Shown in pieces: positions 17,754-29,824 of a DNA stretch of 64,000 nucleotides. The stretch is from the NCBI RefSeq assembly GCF_016433145.1, contig NC_058130.1, forward strand, positions 87,579,853 to 87,643,852, in the 5' to 3' direction. The DNA comes from Gracilinanus agilis (taxonomy: Eukaryota). A program made the position numbers and the translations under genes. Within the stretch, counting starts at the first letter, position 1, and the number at the start of each line of letters is the position of its first letter. The notes below the pieces were generated by a model. The model saw nothing but the letters and a program-made list of their open reading frames with translations, did not search any database and was not told the DNA's origin.

Positions 17754-19703
17754 CTCTGAGCCCGCCGAGCTCCCCTACCCCAGGGCAGCCCCTCCTCTGA
17801 CCCCCCAGGGCCCTCGGCCTGTGTCCCCGCTGCCAAATGGTATGGTTCCTCCCTGGAGGGGGGTCAGGCTTACACTTGGAAGTTTAGCGTCCCCCCCCCG
17901 CCCCCGCCCTCCTCGGCTTCACTGGGGAGGGTCCGAGTGCTTGAGCCGCAGAAGCAGCTAGACAGGTAGGAGGATGCCCAGGGCTCCCCGGGGATCCCTG
18001 GGTCAGACGACGGGACTGTTTTTTTTATCTGCCAGGGACTGCGTGTGCCCCGAAGCCTCCCGGGCCTCCGGGACACCGTCCTGGGCCTTGGGAAGACGCC
18101 CGTCAAAGCGCTGGATGAGCCTCGGAAGGCGCCCATCCGCGGGAGCTCCCAGAGGGAGGAGGAGGAAGAGGGGGAGGGGTGGCCACAATGCTCTGCCTCT
18201 GCACACGCGTGGGTGCGTGTGGGAGAATCGGGGCCTCTTGGCCTGCCTGGCCCTCCTCCTCCTCTTCCTCCTCCTCCTCCTCCGGCAGGTGGCTTTCCCT
18301 ATTCAGGCGTTGCTGCTCCATCCTCATCCAGGCCGGGGTGCTGAGAGAAGGGAGGACGGCACCCACTCTCTCACCTTTGTCCCCCCTCGACTCCCGGACC
18401 CACGCTGTGGTTGCAGGTGTCCCAGCCTTGGGATGGGGGTACGGGAGAAGGAAGTGGAGGAGGGGCTCAGGCTTCACCGTGGAAGACACATTAGACACAT
18501 TCTACTGTCTCCAAAGGGTGGAAGTTTCAGGGACGCAAATTTCCATGCCATGAAAGGAAAAAAATCACTGGAGGGACCTAGAAGTGGCCTAGACTGCCTG
18601 GAGGTCTCCAAACACAGGCCGGATCAATGGCCAGAAACAGATTCCAGTTCAGGTTTGGGTTCCATTGGATGCATTCTGGGAATCCCTTCCCACTCAGAGA
18701 TGATGTCATTCGGTGGAGGCATTCTGGGAGGGAACGCCAGGTCCAATGTGCATCAGGCAGGGCAGCCTACAAGAGGCGGCAGGGGTAGGTGGCCCCAGGA
18801 AGAGAGGGGTCACTGGGGCGGCTTTCAGAGTCTCTGGCCTTCCTCCTGCCACTAACTCTCCCAGCTACCCCGGGCCCTTAGACACCAGGGAAGGCCCCTT
18901 ACAGATGGACAGGGCTCAAAAGGGGCAGCTTCATCCAGCCTGGTTCCCTGCGGCATTCAGGGACAGGGTAACACACCCTTATTCTACAGAAGAGGGAACT
19001 GAGGCATGGAGAGGTTGCATGACTTACAAATCAGCTAGGGTCTTGAGGCAGGACTTGAACCCAGGTCTTCCTGACTCCAAGCCCAACACTATTAAATACT
19101 CTCTGGCATAATTTCAAAATAGAATAATAACCCACTTCAGGAAACCAAGGGAGTGAAACAACCAGCAGATCTAGTTCTTCCCCTCTGACCCATCAGGTCA
19201 TGCCTGCTAGACTGAAGGGTCTGGGCACTATAGTGCCACCTGAAGGGGGCCCTTGATACCAGTCATGGAGCCAAGCAGAAACATTCCTGACAACTGAGAC
19301 TGGGAAAAGCCCCCTGGCTGGGCTGTAATGGGGGAAGGGGGGGGGGGCGGTCCAGTCCGAAGGCCTGGGTTCAAATGTGCCACTATCTGACTGACTTGGG
19401 CAAGTCCTCGAACCTCCCTGGACCTGTTTCCTACTCAAAACAAGCGAAGGGCTGACTAGGTGGTACTGGGCCCAGCCTCTGCCTCCTGACTGCCCCCAGT
19501 GATGGGTGCCTGCCTTTGGCCTGGCCCAGCCCCTTTCTCAGGACAGTCCTCAGAACCCTCAAAGAGTTGCCTCCCCAGGGGCCGGCCTGGTGCTCCGTGA
19601 CCCCAATGGAGCCGGCACAGCAGGCACGGCAGTGACCAACGGGGGATCTTGGGCCAATAAAGAAATGTGCAGCTTGAGTCTGAGTGAAATGAAAATCATC
19701 TGC

Positions 19704-19709
19704 TTTATT
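19704..19709 (-). terminator. TEX264: TEX264 poly(A) signal
   Basis: TTTATT on plus (AATAAA on minus) about 385 nt after the stop, followed by U-rich sequence on the minus strand. Confidence 0.7.
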
Positions 19710-20094
19710 CTGGATCCTAAAAGTCCCAATGTAAGTCTGAAAAAGAGACTGATGAGGGAGGGGAGAGTGGGAGGGAAGAGACTGTGCTCCCTCCAGCTGG
19801 CTGGGAATAACAGGCCAGGGAGAGAGAAGAGAGCAAAGAGCTCGGGGTGCGGGAAGTAAGACAAACCCCCAACCTGGTCAGGAGATGGCAGGGAGCCACT
19901 CCATAGACCCATGGGGTCAGCTGGGGCTGCACTGGGCCCCGGCCCTTAGAGCCAAGGGTCTAAAGGAGAAGGGCAAGAGGCAGGCCCAGCAAGGCCAGGC
20001 TCGAGATGGGGAAGGATGAATCTGATCAGTTCCTCTTTGATTAAGCCCCAAGGCAGTGGGGCTGAGAGGTGGAGGCTTTGACCAGGAGGGGTGG

Positions 20095-20387
20095 CTACTC
20101 CTCATCCTTCTCTGGGGTGCTGGGCTCCTTGGCCCACTTGGACCCAGGAGGCTCAGCCTCATGGCTAAAGCGGTCACCTGAGGCTCCTTCTCCTTCCAAG
20201 TCGAGCTCTTCAAAGGAGGAACCACTAGCCCCCGACTCGCTGTAGCTGTGCTCACTCCGGTTATCTGGATCATCCCAGCTGCGGCCAGCCGCACCGGGGG
20301 ACATGGTGGACGTGGCGGCAGAGTTCTCCCGGCTCCTTGGTCCTGCCTCCGGACTAACGGAGCTGGTGTCGCTCAGCGTGTCAGCTC
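20095..20387 (-). CDS. TEX264: TEX264 last coding exon (disordered tail with LIR motif FEEL), 293 nt incl. stop
   Basis: ctcttccag|GAGCTGAC; ...RSEHSYSESGASGSSFEELDLEGEG...EKDEE*. The four exons sum to 942 nt = 313 aa + stop. Confidence 0.97.
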
Positions 20388-21113
20388 CTGGAAGAGGAAA
20401 AGGAAGAGGCTGGTTAGTGGCTTCCTGAAGGCAGGACGGAGTCCAATAGACAGGAGACTTGTTCCCTGGGTACTCCTATCTGGTACAAGTTGGAGATGAC
20501 TCACATTGCTGGGCAAAGCTTATGAAAAAGAGATGCTACCTCTGCTCGACCTTTACACGTCTCTCTACCCCTGCCATCAAGGGAAGGAAGGGAGGGAGGG
20601 AGAGTGTGGCCTACCTTCTTGGCATCAGCTATGGTTCCCTGCATCCCCACAAAGCCCTGTCTACTCCCTTCAGCTCTTCGATGATGAACCTGGCTCTTTC
20701 TTGGCCTTAATGCTTTCTTTGGCCCTGGGGAGTGTGGGGTGGGAGAACAAAGGTCTATTCGGAGAAGTCCCCACCTTCTCCCTCCCTATATCTGTCCTTT
20801 GGCTCTGGGTCTAGGGAGGGAGCAAACCAGAGATGTCCCCTGGCTAAAGACAGCACGGAAAAAAGACGTAACCGGGCTGGGAACAGAGAAAGTGGAATCT
20901 GGCTGCTGAGGAATAGAAGCAGACCCACTAGGCCTTTGTCTCTAGGAGAAAGCTTCAGACGGAGGAGCACAGGCCATGTCCCCCCGAGAGCTGGGGTAGG
21001 AGGGGCCTGGGTGAAGGGGGAGAGCTGGTTTGAGAAGAGAGGTAGCTCTCTGAGCCTCAGTAGCAGCCTCTGTTCCCTAGGAATATCCAGATGGCTCCAA
21101 TGGGGAGTCCCCA

Positions 21114-21285
21114 ATTTTTTTTTTTAAACCCTTACTTTCCATCTTGGAGTCAATACTGTGTATTGGCTCCAAGGCAGAAGAGTGGTAAGGGCTAGGCAGT
21201 GAGGAAGAATCTGAGGCCAGATTTGAACCTAGGACCTCCCATCTGTAGGCCTGGCTCTCAATCCACTGAGCTACCCAGCTGCCCC
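21114..21285 (-). mobile_element. SINE1_Mdo-like SINE with internal deletion
   Basis: T-tail, body and head; flanking agtccccaa direct repeat. Confidence 0.8.
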
Positions 21286-24200
21286 TGGAAGTCCCCAACC
21301 CAAGAAGAGCCGTTGTCCTTTAAGAGGTCCCTTCCCCCCAACTGGGAGATTCCAGTTAACTGCCATAAAGGCCACCTTCTGCCCCCTCAGACTAAGCACC
21401 AAGGCCCAGTATGCATCAGGCAGCAGGTAGGATCGATGGGAGAATGAGGGAGGGTGGGCAGGCAAAAGGGTTCTGGTGAATGGTGCTAGAGCAGCAGGGA
21501 GGTGTGGGAAGGAGCACTCCTTCCTATCAACATGTCTTACTTCCAGGCTGAAACACTACCACACTGCCTTGTCTCAAAATTGGCCATCTTTCCCTTTCAT
21601 GGGGAAAACTGTCAAATGAATGGGAAAAATAGGAAGGGGAAGGTGAGTGCAACTGCCCCTGGCACAGCTCTTGCAGAGGCAGAGACAGAGGCCTGGGGAG
21701 CTGCCTCTTCATCCCCATCCCGGCCTGGTGTCTGGCCAGGTGTGGTAGCACTGGGAAGGTGAGAGGTTGGCAGTGTTCAGTGCATGCACTGCTTCCCTGG
21801 TTCCCCGTCTCCATGGTGATGGTGACAGAGCCCAGAGCCCAGGCGCTGCTGGGGGTGTAAATGCTCTGAATTTCAGGCTGGTCTCACATTTTTGGTTGGT
21901 CCTGGACGGAGTGCTGTGGTGGATGTCTGTAAATTGGGGCAGTACAGTGGGATGGGACTCCCCCTCCCCTGGAGCCCAGCAGAGGGCCAGACACCCCCGG
22001 CGTGGGACCCTGTTCCTTTTTGGAATCCACAGCATACCTGACCCGGCCTCCTGGGGTGGTGGCGCCTCACCTGGTGAGCTGAACTGCAAAGAAGAGAGAA
22101 CGGGCCTCGGCTCTAAGTGGCCCCACTATGTCTTCATACCCCTAGGGGTGCCTGTGCATTAGCACCAATGCTGGCAGTGCCCCAATGAAAGGGCACGAGG
22201 GACAGAAAGGTGAGAAATGTGGGGCTCTGCCCGCCTCTGGAGCAGCCCGCTCGGTCACTTTCCTCGTGTGGACCCAGCCTATCTCCTGCTGGTTCCCCCT
22301 GCCCCCCATCCCATCCCAGGGGCCCAGAGATCAGAAGGCAATCTTTCCTTAGCCCTGAGGCAGGACACCCGCTCAGCAGCAGCAACACATGTCTCTTTAA
22401 ATAATAATTAGCGCCCCTGGGGGCCGGCAGAGCCTGAGCAGCCACTGAACTCTCCTTTCTCCTTTCAGGGCCACAGACCAAAGGAGACTGAGCATTTGGA
22501 GAGAGGCGGAGGAGAGGGAGGGGGAGGATGAGCGGTTTTCTCCAGCCTTATTAAACTGTCACATCCTTCCCTCCCGACCGTCCCCCCCTCCCCCAGGGGG
22601 CTCTCCTGGGATCTGGGTGCTGGGGGAGGCTGGCAGCCATCCAGCTGCCCATTTTTCATATCCACCCCCATCTTCTGCCCCACACCCTGACTCGGGAGAT
22701 CTTAGGCAAGCAAGAGGATGCAGTCGGGGAGCTGGCACAGTCAACTCTGCCCCGAGCAGCTACCCAAGGAGCCGAGGTTGGACGCACCGTTAATAGAGAA
22801 AGGTCACAGCCCCATCTGCATTTTCTGCCTTTGCTCTGCCTCCCCCATCAGGGCGGCATCTCCTGAGAGGGATGCCAGAAATCTCCTGTGGCTTATTCCT
22901 GTCCCACTGCCCACCCTGGCTACAAGAGAGGCCTAAACAAAGTGGTCCTCACTTGAGGTTCCCCTTCCTTCCTGTGTGTCAGAGTGAGGCATTCACGAAG
23001 GCAAAGGGGGCAGGCCTTAGAAAAGGAAACAAGGACCATCTACTTCCTGAAGCCTTAGAGAAGAGAGGGAGAGCTGGGAAAACTCTAGATGGGCCTGATG
23101 CTCAGGCCTTACTTCCATAAGGATGAATGGGGTTCATGGAAAGGGGGCCCTTTGAGCTCCCTCATGAATCTCCCCACCCCAGGCCTCTGTACTTTCCCCT
23201 TCCTTGATGGGGGCTAGACAGCTGAATTTCGGATACCTCAGTACTCTTTAGGGATCCTCTTCCTAGCTGAGCCTGGCCAGCTCACCACCTGGAGGACCTG
23301 GAGTGGGGGTATCAGGAGAGGAGGCAGAGTCACGCTCTCTTGGCCTGAGTTTTCAGGAGGGGGCTGGAGCCCCTGTGTGTCTGGGGAGAAACATAGCCAG
23401 GGCAAAGTCCCTGCCTTTCCCTGTTCTGGACCCACCTGACCTGGCACGCTGCTTCAGCTGTGCGGTCAGCCAGCCGGTTGGGCCCGGCCTCCTCCTGCCC
23501 AGGGGCTCTCTACCTCGACTGTCTCTCTGGGAAGCAGTGGGTCCTGCTCCCTTCCCTCTCTGAGTCCTCAGGGCACTGAGTTGACAGAGCCACATTTCTT
23601 ATTGTCTCTTTTTCAACACTGACCAAGCAGAAAAGGAGGACTTCAGCAGCCCAGGCCAGAGGAACTGCAGAGAACCTTCTCCCTCCATCTTTCTCTGACA
23701 GGTGGGGGCTGGCAGGCCACCCTCCAAATCCCTAGAGCTCCAGCTGCTACAGGAGGAGCACAATGGTCACTCTTCAAGCCCTAACCCCATGCCCAGGCTC
23801 TCTCCCTGAAGCCAGCTTAATGTGCAATCAAATATTCATCTCCTCTCCTGGTACTAAATAATACATCAATGTAATAGCAGTCAAGAGCCGGCTAATCACC
23901 CCCTTTCACCTCCTGCGTCCCAGCCATGGGGAGAGACAGGCAGGGGCAGACCAAGCTGCAGGCAAGCCAGGCGCCCACCAGACACTGCTGGGTGAATGGC
24001 ACGCACCTGGCAGTTAGGAAACCTACAGCCCGCCCAGGGGTGGGCAGGATGGACCTTGTCGGCAAGGGGCAAGCCCATCTTCCCTCTATGCCAGGGGGTC
24101 GGAGGAAAGAGCGTTAGGGCTGAAGATAGGAGAGGGAGCAAGGGAGGGCGTGGGGGTGTGGTGCAGGCGTGGTCCTGCCCCTGAGGGAGCCTGGGGGCTG

Positions 24201-25813
24201 CAGCCAGCTGGAGGGGGGAGGGCAGAGGAGGGATCAGGGTGCCAGGCAGTCCCTCAAGAGCACTGGCAGGCTATGTTTGGGAGAGGAAGGACTAGGGTGG
24301 GAAAGGGGGTGGTTGAATCGGAAGCTCACGACTCAGCCTGGCCTCTCCTTACCCGCTCCCATCCTGAGGACTGCTCTGACCTTGTGCCATGTCCTGTGCC
24401 CACAGTGGGAGCACCAAGGAGTGTGAGGTTGGCTTGAGGGCCCTGCTGGCCAGGGCTGTGCCCCAGGGAGGTAATTAAGTGGCATATCAACCTAATTGTG
24501 TTAGACACAGTCCCCTGGGGAGCAAGTCACTGCCTCGCTGCACCCCCCCCTTACACATACTCTCCTCTATACTTTCCCCAGTGACCTTGGAAGCTGAGGA
24601 ATTAAGCTACAGAAATGGGGCAAAGGGGTGGTGGCTGGGGGGACGAAGCTTTCTGCCCTCAAGGCAGGAGCCCAAGTCTCCTACACGCCACACCTCCCTC
24701 TTTCTCTAAACCCCAGTGATGGGTAGAGGTGACCTTTCAGGGGTCACGAAATGAGCTGCTTTGGGTCAGCCCTCTTGGGTCTACTTGGGATTGTCAAAGC
24801 AAATATCCTCCTTTGTTTGGGCCAAGGGGTCACTAGCCAGCCTGTGCTAAGGACCGGATGGGGGAGGGAGGCGACCTTCTGGTCTGGCTCCTGGGTCTAA
24901 GAGGCTGGGTGCCTAATAGCCCCTGCTCCACCCCACCCTCACGCCTGGAACTAAGCCATGACTGGTTGTTTTCCTAAATTGCCTGTAGGACAATGGCAGT
25001 AGCTATGGTTGGGGTTAGAGATAGAGGGGTGTGCTGGTATGTTTAACAACTGGCTCTCTGAAAATGCAAGGTACCCTTTTAAGTTTAAGGTGCATTATTA
25101 ATATCTTTATCATTTCTCCAAATCTAGCCCTTATTTATAGCGATGGCCAAATTTCAAGGTGTAAATGTTCATGATGAAAATTTAACAATGGGCTCTCCTG
25201 AGCTAGGCAGTACGAACTGGTTCTAGCAGAGTCCTTGGTGGATGCCATGGCAGATTCTGGATGGCATGAATTCCCAACCCTGGCCACCCCAGACATGACC
25301 TCCTTTTCTTGATTCCCCAAATTTAGAGGTCAAACATCTACTTCCTTAATGGATCTGGGCCCTTGGGGGCCTTGCTGAGTCTTCTGGTGAGGGCCCAACA
25401 AGAAGGAAAACTAGCTTTCCCTTGTTTGACTACTCAAGGTGACAGCACCCTGTCTCCTTGCCAAGCTGTGCCCCAACACATCTTTGATTGTACATTGAAT
25501 CTCAAGGGTGGCCAGGCTGTCCCTGCCTTCTTGATGCTGTGCTCGAAGGCATGGCTCGTTCATCTACACTTGTCAATGTATGGCTGACAGTGTTTTAGAA
25601 TTCAGTAAGTGTATCTACTGTCTGTCTTGTCCTCCCAATTGGAGCAGAAGGTCTCCAAGGGCCAACACTACGTTTATACTCCTTCCTCCATATCCCCCAG
25701 AGTGCTCAGCACACAGCTGGGGACCCACGCAGTGCTGACTGCAGCAAGGAAGGAGCAGTGCTGTTCCTCACCTCCTGAGGCACACCCACCCCCCCCCCCC
25801 ACTTCCCAAGTAC

Positions 25814-25982
25814 CTGTGACATCAGTTTGGGTGTCATCAGCCTCAGCAGCTGCTCGGCTTTTGCGTTCTGTCTCCTTCACCTCAGGCACGTAGAAGTCAC
25901 CCTGTCGAGCCAAGGGGCACACAAAGTGGATCTGGTCCTTCTGGTAGATCTCTAGCCTGGGATGGGCACAGAGCTTCCGCTC
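25814..25982 (-). CDS. TEX264: TEX264 coding exon 3, 169 nt
   Basis: ttttccaag|GAGCGGAAG gives ERKLCAHPRLEIYQKDQIHFVCPLARQGDFYVPEVKETE...DVT; phase-1 donor G|GTACTT. Confidence 0.97.
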
Positions 25983-26280
25983 CTTGGAAAAGGGGAGGAA
26001 GAAAAGGGAAGGGTAAGATGCCAGGCACATCCCCATTACTCATAGTACTGGCCTGCAGGAGGGGACCATATGGCCCAGGTGCTGAGGAAGCATGGGAAGA
26101 GGTGCCTAGGGAGTGGGGACAGAAAGAAACTTCTATGGGCAGAGATAACTAATGAGGGTGGCTGATTTTTGTAGACTGTATTTACTGGTCCCAAGAAAGG
26201 GTCTTATATCTGAGGATGAAGGAAGGGTAGGATTTGGTGGGTCATAAGAGTGATGTAAAAAAGAAGGGAAATAAAGAGCA

Positions 26281-26500
26281 TCAGGGCAGTGAGGTGGTTC
26301 AGTGAATAAATCCAGGCCTGAGATGGGAGGTCCTAGGTTCAAATGTGGCCTCAGACACTTCCTAGCTGTGTAATCATGGGCCAAGTCACTTAATTCCAAT
26401 TGCCTAGCCCTTACAGAATTTCTGCCTTGGAAATGATACTCAGTTTAGATTCTAAGACAGAAGGTAAGGTTTAAAAATAAAATAAAAGAAAAGAAAAGAT
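26281..26500 (+). mobile_element. SINE1_Mdo-like SINE
   Basis: gggcagtgaggtggttcagtg...gaaggtaaggtttaaaaa. Confidence 0.8.
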
Positions 26501-29500
26501 AGAACATCAGTGAAACATTTAAAAACTGACCAGAAGGAGCAGAGGAAGGTTTGAAGGGTATATGGACAAGCAGGAAAATTGTTACTATCGTGATTTATTT
26601 AATACTTAAAAACAGAACATAGTTTTCTCTATTATCTTCTTTTTGGTTCTTTTTAATTATTGTACTGTTGATGTTTATTCAATGAATGATGAAAAAGAAA
26701 GAGGAAAAATCCCTGGGCCAGAAAGAAGTCAGAGAACCTGGGTTTGAGATTTGGCTTTGCCATTTATTACTAGTCTGACCCTGGCAAGTACCTTCCCTTC
26801 CCCTGGGCTCAACTTTCTCCTTTGTATAATTAAGGAGTTGGTACAGATGCCCTCTAAAGTTCCTCCCAGTTCCCCCATTCTATGAGTTCCAAAGACACTG
26901 CTTTTACTGGGCTCAGGAGGCAACCACTCTAACCCTAATATTTCCTCCACCTCTTTATAAGTCATCCCAGGAGGTCAGTTAGGCAAGGGTTGGTAAAGCA
27001 GGAGAGAGGCTCTGGAAGTCTGGAATTCCTGTCCTGGGATAGAGCCCCATTTCTGGTGCCCTTCTGACTTTCAGCCAGCAGAACCCACCCTTGGCAGGTA
27101 CTTTCATCTTAAGAAGATTCTTTGATTCTCTGGCATTGCCTCTGCTCCACTTTGGACACTATTCAGCACTGGCAGGAATAGTGCCCATGAGCCCTAGGCA
27201 TTCAAGGTCTTGCCCCTCCTGCAGAGAGACTTTGGAAAGGGATTTGGTCATAAAAGAAGCCACCGTACAAAGTGTGACTCTGCGGAGGGGCATGATTGAG
27301 ATAAATGGGCCCACAATCGATATTCGACCTTTTCCAAGCCTGCGCCAACTTCCGAAGACAGGAAATGAATAGGTCCCTCCTCCTCCTCTCCACACCTGGG
27401 ATCAGAGCCATAGTTGCTGAGCCTTTTCAAAGGGTTGAGGTTGGTGAGACAGGGAGAACGGAGAGACAAGGAGGTTGGCTTGGGAGAATATCACCTCTCT
27501 AGTGAGTTTCTAGGCAGCTTGAACTTCGAGGCTCCCCAAGTCCCCAACTCACACACTCTTCTGCACATTCCACGAAAGCTGCCTGGACCAGGCTACTCTC
27601 TGGCTGGAGGGGCGAGAGCAGTTGAGAGGGTGGCCTGGGGACGAGGGCTCAGAGCCAAGCCTCTTCCTGCTCTGGAAAGACAATTACCCTCCAGATCGCA
27701 GAGAAGATTACTGTGCAGGCCTTGCCACTGTCAACCTTCACAACAGGGCTATTTATAGCAGCCGGCGCTCACTTCCAGCTCCCAAATGAGCCCTCCTTCC
27801 ACTGAGATGCCACAAGAGAGGTATCGCCCAGTGGAAAAAGGCCACTCCCAGGACTCCACTCCTCACCTTGGGGTCAGAAAGGAGAAAAGAACACAGGTCT
27901 CTCTTTTTCTAGGGAGAAAGGAGGGAAGATTTGACTGCTTCCTCTGCTTGACTTTCAAATCAGAAAACCAATCAGGCATAACCAGGTTGGGTTAAGGGTC
28001 CTTTGCAAACTGAGGCTACAGCTCTTGACCCTAACACTCCAACATCAGGAATCAGGAGAAAGAGGAATCCATGCACAAGCTGATCAGAAAGCAGACCAGA
28101 GACCCAGGCCCCTGGTACTGGAGTGGGAAGGAAACCCCCTTTCTGGGCCACCAGCCTCCACCTTTTTCTTCTTGATGGGGATCTCCTGGCACTGTTGCCC
28201 TTCTCTGGAGAGGGGAGTTTGGGACCTGCTTTGAAAGCTCTGCTCCAAGGAGTAGAGAATAGAGAACAGGGTTGAATGATAGGTAGGTTCTTGCCTCATC
28301 AGCAGGCAGCCACGGTTGGGGAGGGTGGGACAAAGAAAACCGACTTGGCTGACCCCTTGGGGTCCAGTTAATGACTGACCTTCTCAGCATTTCTGGCTCA
28401 GCCATGGACCTCCAGCTGGTGCAAAGGGCAGCAGCGGGCATGACTGCCCCACAGCTGGAGCCTGAGATAGAGCTGGCGTGATGGTGCTAATCCTTCAAAA
28501 GGCCATGTAAGGCCCACTGATCATCTGGCTGCTCAGGACAGTCTTAAGAGGCTGAAGCTCCAGCTCACCAGGTTTCCAAGAGACCTGCCCCTCCTCCCAG
28601 ACCATCCCATTTTTCAGAAAGGTCTGAGGACAAGAAAGAAACTGAACCTTCTGGTTCTCTGTGGCCCCTCTTCTCCAAGGTCCTGGATGGCCATGATGGG
28701 CAACCCTACACCACCTGCTCTCCCTTAATCCCTTGCCATGAAGTGGGGGGCAGCTCCATGGCTGCTCAGTACATCTGCCTCACTGGGAGAGTCTAAGCTC
28801 TGAAGTTGTTGGCTATGGACAGCCCTGTTGCCATGGAAACCATATCTTCTATCCTTCCCGCGGCTTCCATCTCAAAATCATCAGGGAGAACAGAGGAACA
28901 GAGAAGAGAGAAAAAACCAAGGGTCTGGCAGGCCCAGGCCCAGCCTTTCTCCCCTCCCCTTTTCTTTGGATTCTCTCAGGCACTGCACATAGGAAACCTT
29001 TGCTCTCCCAGCCTCCGCCTCTCCCCATCAGATGTCCCTGCCTCCAGCCTGTCCCACTACACAAAATGGGCCCTGGAGAAGACTTCCTTTCCTGCCAAGA
29101 GCCACCCTGACACCCTGGTCTTGCTCCTTACTCTGCCCAGGGAGCTGCTTTGTCAGAGTGTGGCACCGAACTAATTAAAATTTCATTTACGGCTCAAACT
29201 GAAGTCATTAAAACACAAGCCAAGTCCTGTCAAAATTTACACTTGAGGGGAAGGGGAAGAAGACAGGATGTCAAAGATACTTGTTCTTCCTGGATACCAG
29301 CGCCTGGGGGACAAGAGAAAGGTGAAGACAAAAGCAGATACAAAGCACCTTTATCTACTGTCCCTTTCTCCCAAATACCTAACCACCCTCTTCTCCCCAG
29401 ATCCAGGCTGACTGAGAGAGAGCATCTATTCCAAAGGGCACCAGGGGCTATGCATCTGCAGCCAGGATGGTATCCCAGAATCCTGTTTTTGTCACTTCTA

Positions 29501-29824
29501 CTCCCTCTGTGACACTGAGTAGGTCATTTAACCGCTGCATTAATGAGAGATGCTTTCCTCTAGGCCTAGACATCATCTAAGGGTCATCCACAGAGATGCC
29601 TTGCAGATGAGCCAAGGACAATAAAAGTAAGGGAGAGGTTAGCTGCTTCTGCTGCTGCGGTCAGGAGAAAGTGGGGTGATGGGCTTAAAGATGGGGGGCA
29701 ACTGACTGCTTTTCCCATGATGCATTGTTGTTAGGTGTTGGTTATGGAGGTTTGGGGATGCAGGCATACCATGTGTTTATTAGGATTTGTTGGAGAAATG
29801 CTGGAGAAGAGATCACTTTCCGGG

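Larger units (their letters stand above)
17030..18450. promoter_or_regulatory. CpG island / GRM2 promoter region (contains gap 17393-17655)
   Basis: High GC and CpG density, GC boxes (ccccgccc), upstream of GRM2 coding exons. Confidence 0.75.

Noticed and set aside
17974-18855. 293-aa ORF in the GRM2 CpG island
   Set aside because: Stop-poor GC-rich promoter sequence; no domain recognised.
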